From: Bacillus subtilis subsp. subtilis str. 168
Lineage (GTDB): Bacteria; Bacillota; Bacilli; Bacillales; Bacillaceae
NCBI RefSeq assembly: GCF_000009045.1
Contig: NC_000964.3
Span: 3,510,001-3,542,000, forward strand
Length of the DNA: 32,000 nucleotides
Direction of reading: 5' to 3'
The notes below the pieces were generated by a model. It made no database searches, was not told the DNA's origin, and saw only the letters and a program-made list of their open reading frames with translations. Below, one piece after another: positions 26,012 to 32,000 of this stretch (position 1 is its first letter; every line of letters begins with the position of its first letter). The translations under genes and the position numbers were made by a program.

Positions 26012-27433
26012 ATGAACATCAAAAAGTTTGCAAAACAAGCAACAGTATTAACCTTTACTACCGCACTGCTGGCAGGAGGCGCAACTCAAGCGTTTGCGAA
26101 AGAAACGAACCAAAAGCCATATAAGGAAACATACGGCATTTCCCATATTACACGCCATGATATGCTGCAAATCCCTGAACAGCAAAAAAATGAAAAATAT
26201 CAAGTTCCTGAATTCGATTCGTCCACAATTAAAAATATCTCTTCTGCAAAAGGCCTGGACGTTTGGGACAGCTGGCCATTACAAAACGCTGACGGCACTG
26301 TCGCAAACTATCACGGCTACCACATCGTCTTTGCATTAGCCGGAGATCCTAAAAATGCGGATGACACATCGATTTACATGTTCTATCAAAAAGTCGGCGA
26401 AACTTCTATTGACAGCTGGAAAAACGCTGGCCGCGTCTTTAAAGACAGCGACAAATTCGATGCAAATGATTCTATCCTAAAAGACCAAACACAAGAATGG
26501 TCAGGTTCAGCCACATTTACATCTGACGGAAAAATCCGTTTATTCTACACTGATTTCTCCGGTAAACATTACGGCAAACAAACACTGACAACTGCACAAG
26601 TTAACGTATCAGCATCAGACAGCTCTTTGAACATCAACGGTGTAGAGGATTATAAATCAATCTTTGACGGTGACGGAAAAACGTATCAAAATGTACAGCA
26701 GTTCATCGATGAAGGCAACTACAGCTCAGGCGACAACCATACGCTGAGAGATCCTCACTACGTAGAAGATAAAGGCCACAAATACTTAGTATTTGAAGCA
26801 AACACTGGAACTGAAGATGGCTACCAAGGCGAAGAATCTTTATTTAACAAAGCATACTATGGCAAAAGCACATCATTCTTCCGTCAAGAAAGTCAAAAAC
26901 TTCTGCAAAGCGATAAAAAACGCACGGCTGAGTTAGCAAACGGCGCTCTCGGTATGATTGAGCTAAACGATGATTACACACTGAAAAAAGTGATGAAACC
27001 GCTGATTGCATCTAACACAGTAACAGATGAAATTGAACGCGCGAACGTCTTTAAAATGAACGGCAAATGGTACCTGTTCACTGACTCCCGCGGATCAAAA
27101 ATGACGATTGACGGCATTACGTCTAACGATATTTACATGCTTGGTTATGTTTCTAATTCTTTAACTGGCCCATACAAGCCGCTGAACAAAACTGGCCTTG
27201 TGTTAAAAATGGATCTTGATCCTAACGATGTAACCTTTACTTACTCACACTTCGCTGTACCTCAAGCGAAAGGAAACAATGTCGTGATTACAAGCTATAT
27301 GACAAACAGAGGATTCTACGCAGACAAACAATCAACGTTTGCGCCAAGCTTCCTGCTGAACATCAAAGGCAAGAAAACATCTGTTGTCAAAGACAGCATC
27401 CTTGAACAAGGACAATTAACAGTTAACAAATAA
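26012..27433 (+). CDS. sacB: levansucrase (GH68), secreted
   Basis: 473 aa. The signal peptide is MNIKKFAKQATVLTFTTALLAGGATQAFA. RBS AAAAGGAGA. Confidence 0.97.
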   Translation: MNIKKFAKQATVLTFTTALLAGGATQAFAKETNQKPYKETYGISHITRHDMLQIPEQQKNEKYQVPEFDSSTIKNISSAKGLDVWDSWPLQNADGTVANYHGYHIVFALAGDPKNADDTSIYMFYQKVGETSIDSWKNAGRVFKDSDKFDANDSILKDQTQEWSGSATFTSDGKIRLFYTDFSGKHYGKQTLTTAQVNVSASDSSLNINGVEDYKSIFDGDGKTYQNVQQFIDEGNYSSGDNHTLRDPHYVEDKGHKYLVFEANTGTEDGYQGEESLFNKAYYGKSTSFFRQESQKLLQSDKKRTAELANGALGMIELNDDYTLKKVMKPLIASNTVTDEIERANVFKMNGKWYLFTDSRGSKMTIDGITSNDIYMLGYVSNSLTGPYKPLNKTGLVLKMDLDPNDVTFTYSHFAVPQAKGNNVVITSYMTNRGFYADKQSTFAPSFLLNIKGKKTSVVKDSILEQGQLTVNK

Positions 27434-27440
27434 AAACGCA

Positions 27441-27480
27441 AAAGAAAATGCCGATATCCTATTGGCATTTTCTTTTATTT
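27441..27480 (+). terminator. hairpin between sacB and levB (probable partial terminator)
   Basis: AAAGAAAATGCC (27441-27452) / GGCATTTTCTTT (27464-27475), followed by an interrupted T-run. levB starts 27 nt later. Confidence 0.6.
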
Positions 27481-27506
27481 CTTATCAACATAAAGGTGAA
27501 TCCCAT

Positions 27507-29057
27507 ATGAACTATATAAAAGCAGGCAAATGGCTAACCGTATTCCTAACCTTTTTAGGAATATTGCTGTTTATCGACTTATTTCCAAAAGAAGAACATG
27601 ACCAAAAAACAAAATCAAAACAGAAGCCGGACTACCGGGCGGCATATCATTTTACGACGCCGGATAAATGGAAAAATGACCCTCAAAAACCGATCTATTT
27701 TGATGGCAAGTATCATTATTTCTATCTATATAACCGGGATTACCCAAAAGGCAACGGCACAGAATGGCGCCATGCCGTCTCAGAGGATTTGGTGCACTGG
27801 ACCGATGAAGGCGTGGCGATTCCGAAATATACAAACCCGGACGGTGATATTTGGACCGGTTCCGTCGTGGTGGATAAAGAGAACACAGCCGGCTTCGGGA
27901 AAAATGCGCTTGTCGCGATTGTGACACAGCCCTCAGCCAAAGACAAAAAACAGGAACAATATTTGTGGTACAGCACAGATAAGGGAAAATCATTCAAATT
28001 CTACAGTGGCAACCCCGTTATGCCTAATCCGGGCACAGACGATTTCAGAGATCCGAAAGTCATATGGGATGACCAAGATAACAAATGGGTCATGGTCATG
28101 GCTGAAGGATCAAAAATCGGCTTTTATGAATCCGATAATCTTAAGGACTGGCATTACACAAGCGGATTCTTCCCAGAACAGGCGGGAATGGTGGAATGTC
28201 CCGACCTCTACATGATGCGGGCAAGCGACGGAACGAATAAGTGGGTTCTCGGTGCCAGCGCGAATGGCAAACCGTGGGGCAAACCAAATACGTACGCCTA
28301 CTGGACCGGAAGCTTCGACGGAAAAGAATTCAAAGCGGATCAGACTGAAGCCCAATGGCTTGACTATGGCTTCGACTGGTATGGCGGTGTGACGTTCGAA
28401 GACAGCAAAAGCACAGATCCATTAGAAAAGCGGTATGCGCTTGCCTGGATGAACAATTGGGATTATGCCAACAACACCCCGACAATGAAGAACGGCTTTA
28501 ACGGCACAGATTCTGTCATACGCGAACTCCGGCTGAAGGAGCAGGATGGAACATACAGCCTCGTCTCACAGCCGATTGAAGCTTTGGAGCAGCTGACTGT
28601 TTCAACTGACGAAATAGAGGATCAGGATGTGAACGGATCAAAAACATTGTCGATAACAGGTGATACGTACCAGCTTGATACGGATCTTTCTTGGTCAGAG
28701 CTAAAGAATGCAGGCGTCAGGCTCAGAGAATCAGAAGACCAAAAACGCCATATTGATGTCGGCATTTTCGCTGAAGGCGGCTATGCTTATGTCAATAGAG
28801 CAGCCACAAATCAGCCTGACAAAAGCAATACCTATGTCGAAAGCAAAGCTCCTTATGATGTAAACAAACGTAAGGTGCATTTGAAAATACTTGTCGATAA
28901 AACAACGATAGAAGTATTTGTTGGCGACGGGAAAACCGTTTTTTCAAATGAAGTCTTCCCAAAGCCTGAAGATAAAGGAATTACCCTTTATTCTGACGGC
29001 GGCACAGCCTCCTTCAAAAATATAACAGTGAAACACTTTGATTCGATTCATGAATAA
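27507..29057 (+). CDS. levB: endolevanase (GH32), membrane-anchored
   Basis: 516 aa from ATG 27507 (MNYIKAGKWLTVFLTFLGILLFI), after AAAGGTGA. The GH32 motifs WKNDPQKP and FRDPKV are present. Confidence 0.93.
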   Translation: MNYIKAGKWLTVFLTFLGILLFIDLFPKEEHDQKTKSKQKPDYRAAYHFTTPDKWKNDPQKPIYFDGKYHYFYLYNRDYPKGNGTEWRHAVSEDLVHWTDEGVAIPKYTNPDGDIWTGSVVVDKENTAGFGKNALVAIVTQPSAKDKKQEQYLWYSTDKGKSFKFYSGNPVMPNPGTDDFRDPKVIWDDQDNKWVMVMAEGSKIGFYESDNLKDWHYTSGFFPEQAGMVECPDLYMMRASDGTNKWVLGASANGKPWGKPNTYAYWTGSFDGKEFKADQTEAQWLDYGFDWYGGVTFEDSKSTDPLEKRYALAWMNNWDYANNTPTMKNGFNGTDSVIRELRLKEQDGTYSLVSQPIEALEQLTVSTDEIEDQDVNGSKTLSITGDTYQLDTDLSWSELKNAGVRLRESEDQKRHIDVGIFAEGGYAYVNRAATNQPDKSNTYVESKAPYDVNKRKVHLKILVDKTTIEVFVGDGKTVFSNEVFPKPEDKGITLYSDGGTASFKNITVKHFDSIHE

Positions 29058-29091
29058 AAACAGGGGCGGCGCAGGCTGCCCCTGTTTTTTT
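29056..29091 (+). terminator. intrinsic terminator after levB
   Basis: CAGGGGC (29061-29067) / GCCCCTG (29078-29084), followed by T7. Confidence 0.75.
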
Positions 29092-29164
29092 ATTAGGAGC
29101 GGTATTCTCTGTTACATATTGGGCATTGTAAGGAATATAAGGCTGGTTTCAAAGGAGGAAGCGA

Positions 29165-30727
29165 ATGTCTAAACAAGGAAATTTTCAAAAATCAATGTCG
29201 CTGTTTGATCTGATTTTGATTGGGATGGGAGCCATCTTTGGATCAGCGTGGCTGTTCGCTGTCAGTAATGTCGCTTCAAAAGCAGGGCCCTCCGGCGCTT
29301 TTTCCTGGATCCTCGGAGGAGCCATTATTTTGTTAATCGGGCTTGTATATGCGGAGCTCGGAGCCGCTCTGCCCCGTACCGGAGGCATCATTCGATACCC
29401 CGTTTATTCACATGGCCACCTTGTCGGCTACTTAATTTCGTTTGTCACGATTGTCGCTTATACAAGCTTGATTTCAATTGAAGTGACAGCTGTGCGCCAG
29501 TATGTGGCCTATTGGTTTCCCGGCCTGACCATTAAAGGGTCTGATTCGCCTACCATTTCCGGCTGGATCTTGCAGTTTGCCCTATTATGCTTGTTTTTCC
29601 TGCTGAATTATTGGAGCGTCAAAACCTTCGCTAAGGCGAATTTCATCATATCGATTTTTAAATATATTGTGCCGATTACCATCATTATTGTGCTGATCTT
29701 TCATTTTCAGCCGGAGAATTTATCCGTTCAAGGATTTGCACCGTTTGGATTTACAGGTATTCAGGCTGCCATCTCGACAGGCGGCGTCATGTTTGCGTAT
29801 CTCGGCCTGCATCCGATTGTATCTGTAGCAGGTGAAGTCCAAAATCCAAAACGCAATATCCCGATCGCTTTAATCATTTGCATCATCGTTTCAACCATCA
29901 TTTATACTGTTTTGCAGGTCACCTTTATTGGTGCAATCCCGACAGAAACACTGAAACATGGCTGGCCGGCAATTGGCCGGGAGTTCTCATTGCCGTTTAA
30001 GGATATTGCGGTCATGCTCGGGTTAGGCTGGCTTGCAACGCTTGTCATTTTAGACGCCATTCTGTCTCCCGGAGGAAACGGGAATATCTTTATGAATACG
30101 ACATCCCGCCTTGTTTACGCCTGGGCGCGTAACGGCACATTATTTGGCATATTCTCAAAGGTCAATAAAGATACGGGGACACCCCGCGCTTCGCTTTGGC
30201 TTTCGTTTGCCCTGTCCATTTTCTGGACACTTCCCTTTCCTTCGTGGAACGCGCTCGTCAATGTCTGTTCAGTCGCGCTCATTCTTTCATATGCGATTGC
30301 ACCCATTTCTTCAGCTGCGCTGAGGGTCAACGCGAAGGACTTAAACAGGCCGTTTTATTTAAAGGGAATGAGCATTATCGGGCCGCTTTCCTTTATATTT
30401 ACAGCGTTTATCGTGTACTGGTCAGGATGGAAAACAGTCTCCTGGCTGCTCGGTTCACAACTCGTGATGTTTTTGATCTATCTCTGTTTCAGCAAATATA
30501 CGCCTAAAGAAGATGTCAGCCTTGCTCAGCAGCTGAAATCAGCCTGGTGGCTTATCGGGTTTTATATTATGATGCTGATCTTTTCCTACATCGGTTCTTT
30601 CGGACATGGTTTAGGGATTATCAGCAATCCCGTCGACCTCATTTTAGTCGCGATCGGCTCACTTGCGATTTATTACTGGGCAAAGTATACCGGGCTCCCA
30701 AAAGCCGCCATTGATTATGATAAATAA
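29165..30727 (+). CDS. yveA: APC-superfamily amino acid transporter (L-aspartate/L-glutamate uptake)
   Basis: 520 aa, about 12-14 TM segments. RBS AAAGGAGGA. Confidence 0.92.
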   Translation: MSKQGNFQKSMSLFDLILIGMGAIFGSAWLFAVSNVASKAGPSGAFSWILGGAIILLIGLVYAELGAALPRTGGIIRYPVYSHGHLVGYLISFVTIVAYTSLISIEVTAVRQYVAYWFPGLTIKGSDSPTISGWILQFALLCLFFLLNYWSVKTFAKANFIISIFKYIVPITIIIVLIFHFQPENLSVQGFAPFGFTGIQAAISTGGVMFAYLGLHPIVSVAGEVQNPKRNIPIALIICIIVSTIIYTVLQVTFIGAIPTETLKHGWPAIGREFSLPFKDIAVMLGLGWLATLVILDAILSPGGNGNIFMNTTSRLVYAWARNGTLFGIFSKVNKDTGTPRASLWLSFALSIFWTLPFPSWNALVNVCSVALILSYAIAPISSAALRVNAKDLNRPFYLKGMSIIGPLSFIFTAFIVYWSGWKTVSWLLGSQLVMFLIYLCFSKYTPKEDVSLAQQLKSAWWLIGFYIMMLIFSYIGSFGHGLGIISNPVDLILVAIGSLAIYYWAKYTGLPKAAIDYDK

Positions 30728-30760
30728 AGAAGCAAGAGGTTTTCTTGCTTCTTTATTCTT
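30726..30760 (+). terminator. intrinsic terminator after yveA
   Basis: AAAGAAGCAAGA (30726-30737) / TCTTGCTTCTTT (30743-30754), then a T-rich tail. Confidence 0.75.
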
Positions 30761-30787
30761 TACAAACAAACATACACGCGATAAAAT
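30759..30787 (+). promoter_or_regulatory. candidate sigma-A promoter for yvdT
   Basis: TTTACA (30759-30764), 17 nt spacer, TAAAAT (30782-30787). Confidence 0.5.
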
Positions 30788-30805
30788 GAATGAGAGTCAG
30801 TCATT
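30785..30805. promoter_or_regulatory. TetR-type operator candidate overlapping the yvdT -10/+1
   Basis: 21-bp pseudo-palindrome AATGAATGAGAGTCAGTCATT, 16 of 20 positions symmetric. Confidence 0.4.
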
Positions 30806-30821
30806 ACTGGAGGTGTTCCTC

Positions 30822-31406
30822 ATGCCAAAACAAACATCGGGTAAATACGAAAAAATATTGCAGGCGGCCATAGAAGTCATTTCTGAAAAAGGCCTCGACA
30901 AAGCTTCTATTTCTGATATTGTCAAAAAGGCCGGCACTGCCCAAGGAACATTCTATTTGTATTTTTCATCTAAAAATGCCCTCATACCGGCCATTGCAGA
31001 AAATCTCCTCACCCATACACTTGATCAAATCAAAGGTAGGCTCCATGGGGACGAGGATTTTTGGACCGTTTTAGATATATTAATTGATGAGACATTTCTC
31101 ATTACAGAACGCCATAAGGATATTATTGTCCTCTGTTATTCCGGGCTTGCGATCGACCACTCCATGGAAAAATGGGAGACGATCTATCAGCCTTATTATT
31201 CCTGGCTTGAAAAAATCATCAACAAGGCCATTGCAAACCATGAGGTAACGGAAGGAATCAATTCAAAATGGACGGCCAGAACGATTATCAACTTGGTCGA
31301 GAATACTGCGGAACGATTCTATATCGGATTTGAACAAGATGAAAATGTTGAAGTGTATAAAAAGGAAATTTTCACTTTCTTAAAACGGAGCTTAGGTACT
31401 GCTTAA
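30822..31406 (+). CDS. yvdT: TetR-family transcriptional regulator
   Basis: 194 aa from ATG 30822 (MPKQTSGKYEKILQAAIEVISEKGLDKASISDIVKKAGTAQGTFYLYF), after the RBS CTGGAGGTG. Confidence 0.9.
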   Translation: MPKQTSGKYEKILQAAIEVISEKGLDKASISDIVKKAGTAQGTFYLYFSSKNALIPAIAENLLTHTLDQIKGRLHGDEDFWTVLDILIDETFLITERHKDIIVLCYSGLAIDHSMEKWETIYQPYYSWLEKIINKAIANHEVTEGINSKWTARTIINLVENTAERFYIGFEQDENVEVYKKEIFTFLKRSLGTA

Positions 31407-31487
31407 AAAATGACTGGGTAACACCGCTCATTTTTTAATGCCCTAAAAATGACTGACGTTCATTCATAAAATAGAGAGGTGTTTCAT

Positions 31488-31823
31488 TTGAATTGGGTTC
31501 TTGTTTTTATTGCAGGGCTTTTAGAGGTTGTTTGGGCCTCTTCCCTCAAACATGCCGATTCGCTTTTGGATTGGATCATCATTTTTATCTTAATCGCGGT
31601 CAGCTTTATCCTGTTGATCCGCTCTTATCAAAAAATCCCGATGGCCGCGGCGTACACTGTGTTTGTGGGAATCGGAACCGTCGGAACATATCTGACTGGA
31701 ATTGTTCTGGGCGAATCCTTCTCAGCAGCCCAAATGTTCTTTTTAGCTTTATTGCTGGCTGGCATTTTAGGAATGAAATTATTTACGAAAGAAAGCAAAT
31801 CTCAGCCGGGAGGTGAAAAATAA
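31488..31823 (+). CDS. yvdS: small multidrug resistance (SMR) family protein, paired subunit
   Basis: 111 aa from TTG 31488 (MNWVLVFIAGLLEVVWASS), after AGAGAGGTG. It has four TM helices and a conserved membrane Glu (LLEV). Confidence 0.85.
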   Translation: MNWVLVFIAGLLEVVWASSLKHADSLLDWIIIFILIAVSFILLIRSYQKIPMAAAYTVFVGIGTVGTYLTGIVLGESFSAAQMFFLALLLAGILGMKLFTKESKSQPGGEK

Positions 31824-32000
31824 TGGCATGGTTTTTATTAGTGATTGCCGGCATAGAAGAAATTATAGCTGCCATTGCCATGAAATATATAGACGGAACA
31901 AGAAAAAAATGGCCGATCATTGTGATGACTGTTGGATTCGGCTTATCCTTTTACTGCCTGTCCCAAGCGATGATCGTCCTGCCTGCCGGAGTCGCATATG
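31823..32000 (+). CDS. yvdR: SMR family protein, paired subunit, 5' part only (runs off the window)
   Basis: ATG 31823 overlaps the yvdS stop (TAATG). It reads MAWFLLVIAGIEEIIAAIAMKYIDG. RBS GGGAGGTGA. Confidence 0.85.
   Translation, partial: MAWFLLVIAGIEEIIAAIAMKYIDGTRKKWPIIVMTVGFGLSFYCLSQAMIVLPAGVAY

Noticed and set aside
1-32000. Scan for CRISPR repeats, IS elements, integrases, tRNA or rRNA genes, toxin-antitoxin pairs and defence-system signatures.
   Set aside because: No regularly spaced repeats were seen. No transposase, recombinase, nuclease or helicase-like ORFs, clover-leaf candidates or long terminal inverted repeats were seen either. All large ORFs are accounted for by metabolic, envelope or regulatory genes.

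Overview
The translated ORFs identify this window as a Bacillus subtilis 168-type chromosome segment. This was recognised from memory of the protein sequences and motifs; no database search was run. Gene order is lutR (partial), lutP, sigL, yvfG, then the complete 15-gene epsA-O biofilm exopolysaccharide operon on the minus strand (4115-19855). That operon includes the structured epsB-epsC intergenic RNA (EAR) and the SinR-controlled divergent region shared with slrR. Downstream come slrR, pnbA, a small unnamed membrane ORF, padC with its interrupted upstream gene (yveF/yveG), racX-pbpE, sacB-levB-yveA, and yvdT-yvdS-yvdR (partial). Gene lengths, after choosing RBS-supported starts, match the lengths I remember for these proteins. 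I found no rRNA, tRNA, CRISPR array, transposase, integrase or phage-like genes. I see no convincing evidence for a previously undescribed multi-gene system; almost every base is accounted for by well-studied loci. Four observations visible in the sequence are less routine. (1) The lutR 5' end encodes the conserved GntR helix 1 upstream of the first ATG, and an A7 slippery run separates it from a good TTG start. (2) An in-frame TGA splits a DUF3237-type gene at the head of the PadR-controlled padC operon. (3) A 63-codon two-TM ORF is translationally coupled to pnbA. (4) GC-rich direct repeats sit in the epsA leader. Regulatory sites were found by eye, including sigma-W, PadR, SinR, SacY-RAT and TetR-like operators. 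No folding energies or homology statistics could be computed.
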